Shown here piece after piece: positions 11,941 through 25,393 of a stretch of 64,000 nt of DNA. The notes under the pieces are model-generated. The model was not told the origin of the DNA. It ran no database searches and saw only the letters and a program-made list of their open reading frames with translations. The stretch spans positions 48,174,001-48,238,000 of the forward strand of contig OX597824.1 of NCBI GenBank assembly GCA_951406725.2, given 5' to 3'. A program made the position numbers and the translations under genes. The first letter of the stretch is position 1. Each line of letters begins with the position of its first letter. This DNA comes from Octopus vulgaris. Its lineage: Eukaryota.

Positions 11941-14282
11941 GCATAATGGACAAACACACACACATTATATATATATATATATATATATTTGCTGTTTAAG
12001 TAATTAAAGCTTTGTTAATGATATTGTTGTTGGAAATGATTTGTGCTTACACAGAACTAAAGTTTGTTTATGATATGAGCAGATAGCATGATTTTTTTTT
12101 TCTGCGACAGAATCAGTAAATAATTAGCAGTTTATTATTTTAAATGAGAACATTACATTCCCATTTAGATAAAACAGTTGGTGTTTATATATCACCATCT
12201 AGTCACTTAAAAATGAAACAGTTGATCAGTTTTTAATTGTTACTTGACAAAAAATGAAATGAAAGAAGAAAAAAGTAGGGTAAAATAAAATATTTTAAAT
12301 GAAAGGCTTGGCAGACAAACTTGTAAGGAATGTCCACCTACACAACACAGTAAAACATGAAATGGTTGACCTAATTTGTGAAAAAAAAAAAAATTTTTTT
12401 AATGACATGAAAGGTTTCTAGCAGTAAAGATGAAAGCAGGATTAAACCTAGAAAGCAAATTTCCAGGTAGCTTAAAACTAATTTCTTGCAAGTAGTTTAA
12501 ATTAATTGGAATTAACGAAGCATTCTAACTGTTTAATTTTAAAGTTATTGAAAATATATCAGCACAAACAAATAAAAAGTAAATCACTACACAGTTCACA
12601 TAAATGAACAGCTCTTAAATTTCCCCATATCTGAAAACTTTTGAGCTTCTCATAAACTTTGCTTTATAGCTGTCTGAATACTAGCATCCACAACTCAGAG
12701 CTGCAGTTTGGTTTGGTTTCAAAAGAAAATTGAAGGTATTAAACATTCTACATTAAATTATTTCTTTCATCGATTAAAAAGCAAAAGATTTCATGTTCTA
12801 ATATGTTATATGGATCTTTAATTTGGTTAGAAACAATTATATGTAAAACATTCAAAGCCAATACCCTACACCCTCTCCACAGATGTTAATAGTCTTAAAC
12901 TAGCTGCTTCTAATAAGCTCAAAAACCTATTTTATCTAAACATAGCTTCAAAAATATTAGAAAGAAATTTAGTTAAGCCTAAATATGAACATGAGATTTG
13001 TATGATATAATTTAAGTAGGTATCACAGTAGAGCTCTGCAGAATGGAGACAAGTAGTTTAACTATGAAAAAAATCCTTTTTGCTTGATCATTTTCATGTC
13101 AAAATACATAATTTGAGGACAATTAAATATTTGGAAGTACTGGATGTGAACTTTCTTATATACTTCTGATCAAAATCTTAAATATCGTGTCAGGTTCCCT
13201 CAGTCACCCTTGTATTTCAGACCATTCACAAAGTTTGAACCAGAATGAGGAATACTGTTCAGCAGCCAAAAGCAAAAACGGGACCATGTGCTGGAGCACT
13301 GTAACTTAATTTGTGTTGAAAATGATATAGTCACAAAGAAGACTTTTTTTGCTATATTTTGCAATAGAAATCAATGGGGGTAAAAAAGATAATTGTTATG
13401 AAATATAAAAGTGAAAATTTTATCATTGATTTTCACTTAGGAAAAAAAATTTCCTTCAAGATTTTTATACCATATGAAAGAAAAATTTCTTGCGAATTTG
13501 ATACAGCCATTACTAAATCTGGTAATGAGATGGTGTAAAAGTGCAAAGTCAATAAAAGGGGGGGGGGACCACAGCTGTTCTATAGGATTAGCACGTACTG
13601 ATGCTACTTGTCAAACTGACATATTCCCACATGGCAAGAGCTGAAACAGAACATGAATCCAAGGCTTCAAATATTGAGTTTGAGCCAAAATTAAAAAAAA
13701 AACAGACAAGCTAATTGAACAAATTTCTATGCAAAAATGGACTAAATTGAGCTACATAATAAGTCTTCTAGAGACAAAACTTAACATGGATTTGTCAATG
13801 TTGTTTATTCTCTTTCGCTGTTTTTTGTATGTGGTGTGCGAGGTCCAAATTTTACCTAGCAGATATTCTTGTACATGTAAATTTAATTTTACTTCAAGAA
13901 ATATTGGTCAAATTTTGCCCATAAAAACTATACTGTGCAAAGAATATTATTTTGTAGACTATTAAAGTCTGATGTGATTTTTTTTTTGTTGTTTTCTTCT
14001 AAATTTTGAATACAGATAATTTGTGATTGTGTATACATATTTGTCTTTTTTTCTCTCTCCTACAAGTTTGCTGTAAGTTACAGATGTTTTTAATGCAAAA
14101 GCAAGGAATTTTCACATTTTGCTTTTTTAAATCTAGGTCTACATGCAGTTCTGAGAAATGTACCAGGTGGTGATGGTATGTGCTAAAAACAACATCTAAA
14201 TCTTCTTTAAATCACACACCTTTTCATCTAAAATTTTTTCACTTTTTTTTCTTTCTATTTTTCAAAAGGACTTCTATTGATT

Positions 14283-14940
14283 TTAAGTGCATATTGCAAA
14301 AAGAAATTCGCCAAAATCAGTCTGGGTAGGGGGAAGACATGAATTTTCAAAAAAATTTTTTTCCTAAAAAGCTTCCTCCCATCCTTTACATGGCCATGGT
14401 GAAAAAAAATTGGGGAAATACTGGTCAAAATGGAAAAAATTCAACTTGTGTGGGTGTCCTGATCCAAAACTACCATTTATAGCCATTTTTAATGGTCCAT
14501 TACAATTATATTGAAATGGTGTCATGTCCTAAAATCAGAAGGGCTTATTTAGTTCTATACCTACAACAAATGTGCCAAGTACTTTTGGATTTAGTTAGGT
14601 CTGAAAGCATTGCAAACTTGACTGTTTCTTACAATGTAACAAAATAGGCTTTGCAACAAATATTTAAAAAAATTTCATTTCCAAGAACTTGAAAAAAAAA
14701 AGAGGCAACTACTATCCCATGGACAATATTAATTTGTGTAATTTGAAGATAATTATCACCTCAGTTTCAAAGACCATTAGGCAAGATTTCGACCAATTCA
14801 GTAACCATTCAAATTGTCATATTTCCTAAAATATTCATCCAAATTTCACAAATGAGGTATTAAAAAGTTTCTTTTGGATGCTCTCCAAGAAAAAAAAATA
14901 CAGTAAAAGTCAAATTTAAACATTTTCAAAAATTCATTTC
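14283..14940. mobile_element. Probable non-autonomous DNA transposon relic, unclassified
   Basis: Compositionally distinct block starting TTAAGTGCATATTGC with GAATTTTCAAAAAAATTT / TTTTCAAAAATTCA subterminal-type motifs; no clean TIR pair. Confidence 0.3.
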
Positions 14941-14949
14941 CTTCAGTGG

Positions 14950-15134
14950 TCAACCAGTCTGAAACTGTCCTTCATTCTAGGATACAAACTTCCTGCTTAA
15001 AAACAATTTAAATCAAAGCCTTCCATCAAAATTTCATGTTAATTTATGTTTCAAACACAGGCTCCCATCCATTTCAAAACTGATTGGAATAAAAGCAGTG
15101 CATTTCAACAGAAATATGGTCATATAAGGGTTAA
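14950..15134 (+). mobile_element. TTAA-type MITE family 2
   Basis: CCTTCCATCAAAATTTCATGTTAATTTATG...CATTTCAACAGAAATATGGT...AAGGGTTAA. Confidence 0.65.
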
Positions 15135-16429
15135 ATTCCTTTAAATGTATAATACTATTCACAATCTTTTACATTATCCACAAAGATGAATTTTAATCAC
15201 AAGTCTAATGTGGTATGAACTCTCTTGTTCCTGAATCATGCAACAATCATACAATTCCTGAATTAGTGAATACAAAACAATGATTATTTTGTTATAAATC
15301 TGAAAGATTTCTTTTCTAAAGAGCAGATGTATTTTTCACAAGTCAAACTGACAGTACTTTTTATATCACTGGTTCAATGCAGCTGCTGCTTAAACTTAAA
15401 CAACAGTTACCAAATAAAGAAACTAAAAAAGCAAGAGAAAAACTAATAATTTTCATTACAAAGGATGCTCTGCTAGAGTGAATGTGTCAAAACAATAAAA
15501 AGGACAAATAAAGCCACATCAATTAGAAAAACACACCACTTAAAGCAGTGCCACTCAAACCTCTACTTTTGTACACAAAATATCACATCCATTGTACAAT
15601 CAGAATCCACCCCATCACCATTCTTGTACAATGTCTATCTGAGAGGGTGCCAACTGCATTCAGCAAACTCATCTAATCTAGATAAGGATGAATAGATAGA
15701 TGGATGCTAAACCTGAATTAATGATAAATTTTCATCGTTCCTTTATGAAATGTTGACTGAATCAATCAACAATGACAATGCCTGAGTCCTTTAATAGAGC
15801 AGGTTTTGTGTGGGTACTGGCAAAGACTGAAAGGTTTTGTAAATTGACATTTTCATGTATTTTTAATCATAGTGCATTTGTAAAGTGATAAACCATTATT
15901 ATTAAACAGGATTGGTACCTATATCCTAACTACTCGATATCTCTGACAGTAGCATAACAAACATTAAAAGATACACTATAACAGCTGTTATATGAGTCGA
16001 GTACCTGAACATAACTTTCTAAAAAATGTTAATTATTCAGAGTGTGTGTGTGTGTGTGCACTTCATATTAACATCACATATTGAACCATTTTTTCAAAAA
16101 CAATGTGTGGCATTATGGTGGCACCTCAACTGCTGAGAACAGAGAACACAATTAACTGAAGGACAAAATAACAAGCAGAAAATATGAAATTCAAGCAAAA
16201 AAAAAAAACAATTAAGAACAATAATTAGCTAATTCATTTGATGTGTCTATATTATGTTGTTCAACCTGCTAGAAATAGTAGTCAGATCTCAATAACATAT
16301 CACCTTCTCTATAATGTTACCACTTGATATGAAAATTATGTATTAATGGAAAACCTCTATTAATGGCTGATGAGTGCTCAGCATTTAAAAACTGTTGTAA
16401 TACTTACATTTAATAAAATGATGTAGTGT

Positions 16430-16878
16430 GAAACGACCGTACCAAATTACACATACATATCTACATACATATATATACACATATTTTTATGTTTTATATC
16501 ACATAATCTCCGAAGAGGCCTTATGATATTTTTGTAAATGTCTCATTTATATCTATATATATATGACCTACCATAAAAGGCTAATATTGGTAAAATGAGA
16601 CATACTTATCTACATGGCCGAAACAGCTGTAAGATGTAATCTATACTTATATTTATATTTACTTATATTTATATTCTCTTTTATATATATTCTACTTATT
16701 ATACAACATTACTCTTTTATGTACACTTTTTATGTACATTCTTTTATGTACACTGATTTGTTCTGCTTTTTTATGTTTAACCCTACAGTCTCTTATGTGG
16801 TGGTTTAATAAAGTATGTGATTGAGTATTATCTGGTAATTGATATTTGATTTAGATGTATTTCTCCATTTTCTTATCT

Positions 16879-16880
<2 letters not shown>
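16430..16880 (+). mobile_element. Penelope-like element terminal repeat (pLTR) fragment abutting a (TA)n tract
   Basis: Contains a hammerhead motif, an AT-rich body and AATAAA near 16807, and ends in (TA)n. Confidence 0.55.
16501..16637 (+). ncRNA. Type-I minimal hammerhead ribozyme motif
   Basis: Stem I ATCT/AGAT; core CCGAAGA (16510-16516); stem II GGCC...GGCC with internal helix ATGTCTCATTT/AAATGAGACAT; GAAAC-AGCT-GUA (16620-16631). Confidence 0.7.
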
Positions 16881-16928
<48 letters not shown>

Positions 16929-17295
16929 CATATGTATATATATATATACATATACATATGTATATATATATATACATATACATATGTATATATATATATA
17001 CATATACATATGTATATATATATACATATATATATACATTTATATATATATACATATATATATATACATATATATATACATATATATATATGTATATATA
17101 TATATGTATATATATGTATGTATATATATATATATTTATATAATTATATATATGTATATATGTTTAATATACATGCATGTATATATATGTGTGTATATAT
17201 ATGTATATATATATGTATGTATATATATATATGTGTGTGTATATGTGTGTGTGTATATTTATATACACACACACACACATATATATACATATATA
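16881..17295. repeat. Compound (TA)n/(TATACA)n/(TATG)n microsatellite
   Basis: About 415 bp of TA-based simple repeat; source of the spurious YIYI ORFs. Confidence 0.95.
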
Positions 17296-18274
17296 AAATT
17301 ACAACATTATTGGATAAACTCTAAATTCCTTAGGTACATTAATTTATACAGCTGTATAGTTTGTTAAAACTTATCTGAATAGTAGTAGTGGACAGAATAC
17401 TATTCTTTTAAAGTAAGAATTTAGAGTCATGTAGGACATTATAGTTGTGTATCTCTCCACTGAAGTAAAAGCTATGCTGGAAGATAGCAAAAGCTATTTT
17501 CTACTGTAGCAGCCCAAAATCCCAATAGATAACATACACACATAGATAAACAATAAGCACACACATTTTAAAGATATTTCTGTCTAAATTAATGTAAAGC
17601 TAAATTGTATCTTCTTTGCATTAAGAATCAATATTTATTATATTCTCAATATATCAGTCTTTCCAATACCGAGAAGTGTTTCTACAGTCCTCCTCCCAAT
17701 CAACCTTACTACTTGGAAATGAAGCTGGTACCAGTTTCCATGTAGACAAGTGCAGTAATATAACAGCAATATATTGCACATCCATGCAATATATCAGAAA
17801 ACAATTTGTGTGAGTAGATTTGGTAGATGGAAACTGAAAGAAGCCTGCCATGTACATATACATATTTGTTTATGTGTGCCTTCCTCTTTCCCCCATGTAC
17901 ACTTGGCAACCAGGATTAGATTGTTTTATATTGCCATAACTTAGTAGTTTGGCAAAAAGAGATGAATAAAATATCAGTCTTAAAAATAAATGCTGGGTTT
18001 GATTTGTTTGACTAAACCCATAAAATGACGTCTCAGCATGGCTGCATAACTGAAATGAATAAAAGGTAAGAGATAACAGATTATTCTAATTTTATACCCA
18101 TTTTCTCATGCAACAAGTTGGTTGAATTTATATCATTGCAAGTTTTGAAATCTGTATTTACTCAAGTAATATATCACAAATAATACCCCCATACCTTTCT
18201 AGGACATTCTCAACTAAAGACATATTTTTCCTTTTAGCTAATATTCATCTCTCAAAAAAAAAACAAAAAAAGAC

Positions 18275-18510
18275 AAACTGACAGAATTGTTAGAGCATCA
18301 GGCAGAATGTTATGGAAAATTTCTTCTGACTCTTTGGGTTTCAAGTTCAAATCTCACTGAGGTCAACTTTGCTTTCCATCCTTTTAGAATTGATAAAAAA
18401 AAATTACCAATCCAAATCTGTGGATAAGCAAAACTGTAAGAATGTAAATAAAACCAGATGTCTTGCAGTATTTGTTCCAATTCTTTATGTTCTGAGTTCA
18501 AATCCAGCTA
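18275..18510 (+). mobile_element. Two tandem Nin-domain SINE (family B) fragments
   Basis: CAAGTTCAAATCTCACTGAGGTCAACTTTGCTTTCCATCC... followed by TTTATGTTCTGAGTTCAAATCC. Confidence 0.6.
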
Positions 18511-19265
18511 TGGCCTACTTGGATGCCCAGTTTAATATCATTACCCGATACCTTGGATGCCTTAAGTAAAATTCACCCCATTGCTGCATTCACTACAAGC
18601 TTCCAGTTTGCAGATACCCTCTCAAGAGTTTCAGATACCCTAAAAGCAGGTCTTGAAACAATGCTTTTTTTCCTGACTAAGAAACAAATAAACAAAAACT
18701 TTCACCTAAATACAATTTACATCACATTTTATCAACTAAACTATTAAATACATAAATATGATACAGCCCGTGAATATGCAATATTTTAAGTAAGTAGTTG
18801 CAATAGTAATGTAATAAATTTATGTTAATAACAGAAGCACATAAACTCAAATCTATCTGTACTGAACATTCATTGAGTAGCTAAGAAAAAAAAAAAAAAA
18901 AAAAAGCCAAAGAAAATTTAAATATTTAAAGTTTCAAAGAAAATTGTAGTTCTGCCTTGCATACAATTCATTAAGTTAACTTCTACCTACTCTTATCAAT
19001 TACTAGTAATTGGAACCAATTGAACAAATTGGCACATGATTAAATCTCAGTATTTTAAACAGAATACAAACAGCAACCATTAAATATTATCTTCATTAAC
19101 ACTATCATGAATTAAATGTTAGTTAGAAAAAAACTGAACAGTTCATTTTTAAACAATAGAAACTATGATACAATTCATTGATAATGGCGATGCTTTGAGA
19201 ATCTATGGTGATTTGTAGTTAAAACACATTTAATGAGGTTAAAATTAAATTAAAAGAAAAAGATA

Positions 19266-19467
19266 CTCTTTTTACTCTCTTACTTGTTTCAGTCATTTGA
19301 CTGCAGCCATGCTGGTGCACTGCCTCTAGGCGAGTAAATCGAACCCAGGACTTATTCTTTGTAAGCCTAGTACTTATTCTATCGGTCTCTTTTGCTGAAC
19401 TGCTAAGTTACAGGGATGCAAACACACCAGCATCGATTGTCAAGCGATGTTGGGGGGACAAACACAA

Positions 19468-19498
<31 letters not shown>

Positions 19499-19675
19499 CA
19501 TATATATATTTATAAGATGGGCTTCTTTCAGTTTCCATCTACCAAATCCACTCACAAGGCTTTGGTCAGCCCAAGGCTATAGAAGACACTTGCCCAAGAT
19601 ACCACGCAGTGGGACTGAACCTGGAACCATGTGGTTGGTAAGCTAGCTACTTACCACACAGCCACTCCTGCACCT
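19266..19675 (-). mobile_element. tRNA-derived SINE family A, near full length
   Basis: Minus strand GGTGCAGGAGTGGCTGTGTGGTAAG...GGTTCAGTCCCACTGCGTGG...GGATTTGGTAGATGGAAACTGAAAGAAG...(TA)n...AATGACTGAAACAAGTAAGAG. Confidence 0.9.
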
Positions 19676-19697
19676 ATAGATTTTTTTTTTATATATA

Positions 19698-20040
19698 TGG
19701 CTCCATGTTAAGAAGTTTGCTTCCAAGCCACATTGTTTCTAGTCCAGTACCACTGCATGGCACTTTGAGCAGCAAATGTCTTCTACTATAGCCCAGGGCC
19801 AATCAAAGCCTTGTGAGAGGATCTGGTAGATAGAAACTCAAAGAAGCCCACTGTATGTGTTTGTGTGCATCTTTGTGTCAGTAATCCACCACATGACAAC
19901 CGGTGCTTGTTTACATCTTCATAACTTGGAGGTTAAACAAAAAAGAAAAAAATCAATAGAATAAGTACCAGGATTCATAAATAAGTACTGGGGTTCAAGT
20001 AAAACCCTTCATGGCTCCAGGAAACAAGTGAAAGATAAAG
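19698..20040 (+). mobile_element. tRNA-derived SINE family A, older copy, head-to-head with the previous one
   Basis: TGGCTCCATGTTAAGAAGTTTGC...GGATCTGGTAGATAGAAACTCAAAGAAG...GAAACAAGTGAAAGA. Confidence 0.8.
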
Positions 20041-21639
20041 ATTGTTTTTTACATACTGATGGCATGAAGAGACGTTAGCACAAGTTTTAAAGATAGCTGG
20101 AGTTGAATGCACACAGTGTTTTGTTTTCAAATTTAAACCACGCAGGAGTTTATTATGCTTTCAAGAACAAGATGTTGCCCAATTTTATCAAGTTTGAACT
20201 TTGCTTTAAAGTGATTTAAATTAAAATCTTCCATCAAAATTTCACATTAATTTGTTTGAAATACCAGCTTCATAATGACAAAATAATTTACAAAATTCTT
20301 CATTATTTTAAAAATTAATTGAAAGAAAGGAAATGGATTTCAACAGAAATATGGTAATGAAAGTTCTAAGGATCTCATACTTCATTTAGCAAAAAAAAAA
20401 AAAAAAAAAAAAAATCAGATTTTATCATGTGGAAAAGATATAATGGAATTCAAGTTCAAATATGTCCACAGTTGTCTACTGAAAAAAGCATCTAAAGTAT
20501 TTTAGATATGTATGAAATGTAATTTAGGTCTAGACTGTTGATGAGAATAGATAGTGGGGTGAAAATATAAAAGTTTGTGATTGAAGATAGCTAACAAAAT
20601 AAGCAACCAATCAAAATTTCACTGTGTAGGGGATGGAAAAAAGAAAATTAGTTTGATAAATTTATCTTGCTTCTACTAGTGAATCAATTAAAAAAGATGA
20701 AAAAGACTTTAATGTACTCAAGACCGAAATTTTTATTTCTAAACTTATTTCCTGTTAAAAAAAAAAGCTTCCAAAAGAGAATGCATTTTTAAAAAGTTAT
20801 TCTCAATAGAAACTAACAAGAGAAAACTGTTCACTATACTTCAGAATTTTCACAAATTATTCACTATATGTTAGAAATTTATGCACAAAGTTCTAAGCTA
20901 ATTTTATAAGCTAACAACATCATAAAATGTGTTGAAAGCCATAGTGTTGCAGCTCTGAAATCATTCCTGAATCTTGTTTCACTATCTGATAAGAATTTTT
21001 AACTGGGCACATGGTCTGATAGTATGTAGATATTTGGTCCTTTATGATGCTATGATAGAATATAACATCTATCTATATGTATATATATCTTTTACTTGTT
21101 TTAGTCATCAGATTATGGTCATGCTGGGGCACAAATTAATTTTTCCCCCCCAACTCTAATGAAACAAAGAACAGCTTGGACATGCTTTCTTACAGATTGC
21201 AAATAAACAACACTGTTTGTATGAACTGTGATGCTTTGTTTATCATCAGTATACACATGTTAAGACAAAGGTAATTAGCCACAGTCATATATATATATAT
21301 ATGATGAGCTATTTTCTGTCGACCAAATTTCACCCACTAGGTATTGGTCAACCTGTGGCTATAGCAGAAAATACTAGCCACCAGTGTCCATGTAGCAGCA
21401 GTGAACTACATGGTCCTTGGTGAACTTCTTAACCAAAGTCATGGTTGCACTTTGTTGAATTATTTTTATTAACTGTATTTTTTTTTTTTTTAACAAGTTA
21501 ATCTGTACTGAACTGAAATTGGTCATCATTTATAATAGATTGTCAAATTAATTTGGAGTATTTTACATTGATTATTACTGAGTGAGCCAATATATTTTTA
21601 ATTTGTAAAAACAAAGTATGAAATGAAGAAGCTAAAAAA

Positions 21640-22022
21640 GTGCAGGTATAACTCTGATTAAGAAATTTGTTTACCAAATATGTGCTCAAGTTTCAGTTCC
21701 ACTGTGTGGCACCATGAGTGGTGTCTTCTACTATAGCCCTGTTCTGACCTAGGATTTGGTACAAAGAAACTGAAAAATGTTCACGTGCATGCATGTGTGT
21801 ACTTGCAATCATATGGAGACTGATTATGTGTGTGGTGTTACTGTTGACAGTTCTTCTGCCAACAAACCATCTGCTCCTTTCACACCTTCAAAACCACTTG
21901 GAGTGAGAGATCTCTAACATGAAAATCAGGTTAGCAACAAGAAAGGCATCCAGTTGTAAAACAATGCCTCTATAAGACATTTGTCCAATCCAGGCCAGCA
22001 TGGAAAAACAACTTTAAACAAC
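21640..22022 (+). mobile_element. SINE family A head with RTE-like tail, degenerate
   Basis: GTTTCAGTTCCACTGTGTGGC...GGATTTGGTACAAAG...GGCATCCAGTTGTAAA...GCCAGCATGGAAAAA. Confidence 0.6.
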
Positions 22023-23078
22023 AATAGTGTCATAAATACTCATATAAACTATATTAAACAATACTTTTCATTCAAATACATTCATTCAAAGATTATACTT
22101 AATGTGCTGCTTCACATGATAAAAAAAAAAAGCAAAATTATTAACATATTTTAAATATCTTTTAAAATTACATATTCTAATTCAAATGCCCACCAGCATA
22201 ATTAAAAATCTTTTTTTCTTCTTGTGTCTGATGACAGGAATGACAATGAGAGAAATCCTCCTCCACTTAGACTTAAGCATTAAGAGATTAACACATAAAA
22301 ATGTTACTGAAAATTGTCTCTATGCTAAAAAGTACAGAAATGATAGCAATTGAAATGTTAAGGTGTGTGTGTGTGTATGTATGTATATGTATGTGTGTGT
22401 ATATATATATGCATTTTGTTGTTTCAGGGTACATTTTGTTTTACATTAACTCAGTTAACCTAGACAAAGAATGTTGCCTAGTTAAATATTCCATTACATT
22501 TCTAAATATAACAACTTAGATGCTTTTAGATACAAGTCGTTACAGTAAAGATTATTATCTTGCTTCGTTTCAGTTTAGTGATAATGCTGTTGGATTCGTC
22601 CTCTTTTCAACTGATTAAAAATAGGAACAAAAACAGTTGGTACATATACCTTAAAAAAAAAAAAAAAATAGAGATAAGTTTATGAAATAAATTCATGAAA
22701 TATCTATTTTTCCCCACTAAAAGTCTGTTCTTTCCATTATATCATCATCTTATGCTAAATAATCTTGAATTATTAGCATTTTATACAGGCATAAATTTAT
22801 CTCTCATATACCAAATTTAGAATAGTCAAAATTGAGCACCAGTCCTATGTGGATCATTGTGATGCGTGGGAAGAAATAAAAACAAAAAAACTTTAGCACT
22901 GATGTCTTTTGGTAGTTACTGCCAGACACAGTTCTAATTACTTTTCAGGTTCATCTGAGCAGTGCTAAGAGGAGATTATTGTAGCTTCATAAAACAGTAA
23001 ATGCCACAAAGATGTAGTAGGAGCCTTTGCAATATCACACAAGAAGTAAACTCGCAGGAACGTGTGTGTGTATATTTT

Positions 23079-23215
23079 TAAGGTGATGAGAGCTGGCAGA
23101 ATTGTTAGCATACTGGGCAAAATGCTTGGTGGCATTTTGTCTGTCTTCACATTCTGAGTTCAAATTCTGCCAAAGTCAATTTTGCCTTTCATCCTTTCAG
23201 GTTGATAAAATAAGC
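23079..23215 (+). mobile_element. Nin-domain SINE (family B), 3'-truncated
   Basis: GAGCTGGCAGAATTGTTAGC...TTCTGAGTTCAAATTC...TTGCCTTTCATCCTTTCAGGTTGATAAA. Confidence 0.8.
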
Positions 23216-23793
23216 ACACACATGTGAATGAGAGAGAACAAGAAAGGGGGGGGGGGAGAAATATCTATTTGACCAAGGGTCCTGATAAAACAAAGTTTAA
23301 AATTCCTTCCAAGACATTAAACAGTACGGTGGAAAGGTTGGTTGGGTGGGTGTCTTAACTTTTTGCCAATGCTGGAGCAGAATATAAGAAAATATTATCT
23401 GGTATTAATTAAAATTTGGCTGTAGATTTGTTCTGTGTAAACCGGCCATGAAAAGAAGAAAGAGAGAAGAAAACTAAAGCAAATTATACTGTATTTAGGT
23501 ATTCTAAAAGCCAACAGAATAAGTACTTCTGGAATAAGTTTCAATTAATAAAGTATGTATTTTTTACATTTGCATTTGCAAAATGAATCCAGATTATTTT
23601 TTAATTACATACTATTTGGTACAAACACAATAATTATTTTTTTTAATGGTAACAGATGTGAAGAGTACAACCTTCACAAGAAAGGAGTGTATTTGTTTAA
23701 CATAAATGCGAAGGAAAATATTCATCAATGATAAACATTTACAGTATATAACATTCATGACAACACTTCGTTATATGGTTAAATGTCTGAATG

Positions 23794-23962
23794 AGTCATG
23801 AAAAATTGATTTCATAAAGGTTGAGTGGACCAGATGTCTAATCCTTTAACAAATCTATCCGCGCCCTAAAGTTTTCATGAAGGTTGCTGAAACCAGATGT
23901 CTAATTCTTCAACCGGTCTATCAAAAAATTCAAAACGTTGACAAAAAAGTTCAGCTTCCTAC
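23794..23962. repeat. 169-bp unclassified repeat, copy 1 (two internal ~63-bp-period units)
   Basis: Matches 25225-25393 with 4 transitions; internal AAGGTTG...ACCAGATGTCTAAT.CTT.AAC occurs twice. Confidence 0.9.
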
Positions 23963-25224
23963 TAAATAATTGTTACATGTGCAAATCAAACAATTCTTTT
24001 GCAATATTGCAGCTACAGAATACAAATGATTATTTTTCTCTCCATGGACAGAAGAAGTCGGACCTAATAGAGCAGTTTCAATCTTTTGTAACCACAAGAG
24101 CAAAGAGAGACACATACAACAGTCTTCCATACAGTTCCATCTACCAAATTCACTCACAAGGTATTGACTGGCTATGAGCTATTGTAGAAGAAACTTGCCC
24201 AAAGTGCCACGTAGTAAGATTGAACCCAAAACTGTATGGTTCCAAAGAGCTTCTTAACCACACAGCCTTGCCTGAATTGGAATAAATTGCTTCAAAGTAC
24301 TATTTATGCAAATTGAAGTAATTGGTTGAGTAAACTTACTACCTTTAGTGAATATAACCAGTAGTTATATTTCTTTCTGTGTGTATACCAAATGATATTC
24401 TTTCTCTATTGAGAATCAAATGAGATTTGAAACCAGTCAGGTAGATTAACTTTTCTCCCCTGAGGGAGAAAGCAAAAGACATTTGTTTAGAATTGTTACA
24501 ATACAGCGATGGCTCCAACACATTACTAATAACAGTTTACCTTACATCACACAAGAGATACAGCAGAAAATGAACGCTGTCTATTGCTTAATTATGAAAC
24601 TATTTGTTGCCTTTCGAGGAAATGTCCTGCCATTTAGTAATTAAAATAAATGAAAATAGTAAAGAAATCCTATTTGGATGACATGGTGACTGACTGGTAA
24701 AGATGTTAAAGTTTAAATCCTGATACAATCACGGTATAGTGTCTATGAAAATGACAATCATTGATGATCTATCATGAAAATAGACTTAATATCACTTTGT
24801 GGGATTATGGTGTTAAAGAAGATATTGAACTTTGAACAACCCTGTTTCAATGTACAAATTTACAAATCTATCTAAATTAATGTTAAAAATATAAACCAAC
24901 CTAAGAGATAAAGACTCCATCTGAAAACAAGATTTTAAAACTGCTTTAGAAACTTTCTCTAATCCCTGAAAACTAGATAAATAACTTTGCCAAATACCAT
25001 GGCTTAGAGGCTTTTAAATGTAAGTCACACTGTAAAGAAGTAGTTTGCAAAAATTAACATAGTGTTAGCTCATTAATTCTAGCATTCTGATTGGTTTTAA
25101 TTTTGTGATAATATGAAATTGGTCCCCTTTTCAATTGATTATAAATGAAAACAAAAAGAGCAACACCTTAAGAAACTTTTGTCTAAGTTATCCCATCTCT
25201 TTATAATTTCATCTCTTTTCTGAA

Positions 25225-25393
25225 AGTCATGAAAAATTGATTTCATAAAGGTTGAGTGGACCAGATGTCTAATCCTTCAACAAATCTATCCGCGCCCCAA
25301 AGTTTTCATGAAGGTTGCTGAAACCAGATGTCTAATTCTTCAACCGGTTTATCAAAAAATTCAAAACATTGACAAAAAAGTTCAGCTTCCTAC
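25225..25393. repeat. 169-bp unclassified repeat, copy 2
   Basis: Direct repeat of 23794-23962. Confidence 0.9.

Noticed and set aside
13231-13305. Plus-strand exon-like segment with Kunitz-like text (QPKAKTGPC)
   Set aside because: Needs a frameshift, is followed by a stop, and the rest of the domain is absent.
16367-16400. CTGATGA followed by hairpin GTGCT-C-AGCAT
   Set aside because: No GAAA or stem III after the hairpin; too decayed to call.
16839-17367. Longest ORFs (161-170 aa, YIYI-rich)
   Set aside because: Translation of a (TA)n microsatellite; not genes.
23874-23910. GAAAC-CAGAT-GTC in the 169-bp repeat as a possible hammerhead
   Set aside because: Upstream core reads ATGAAGG rather than CYGANGA, and no stem I pairing is seen.
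25119-25136. TTGGTCCCCTT, resembling the start of miR-133
   Set aside because: The match breaks after about 11 nt and no precursor hairpin is evident.
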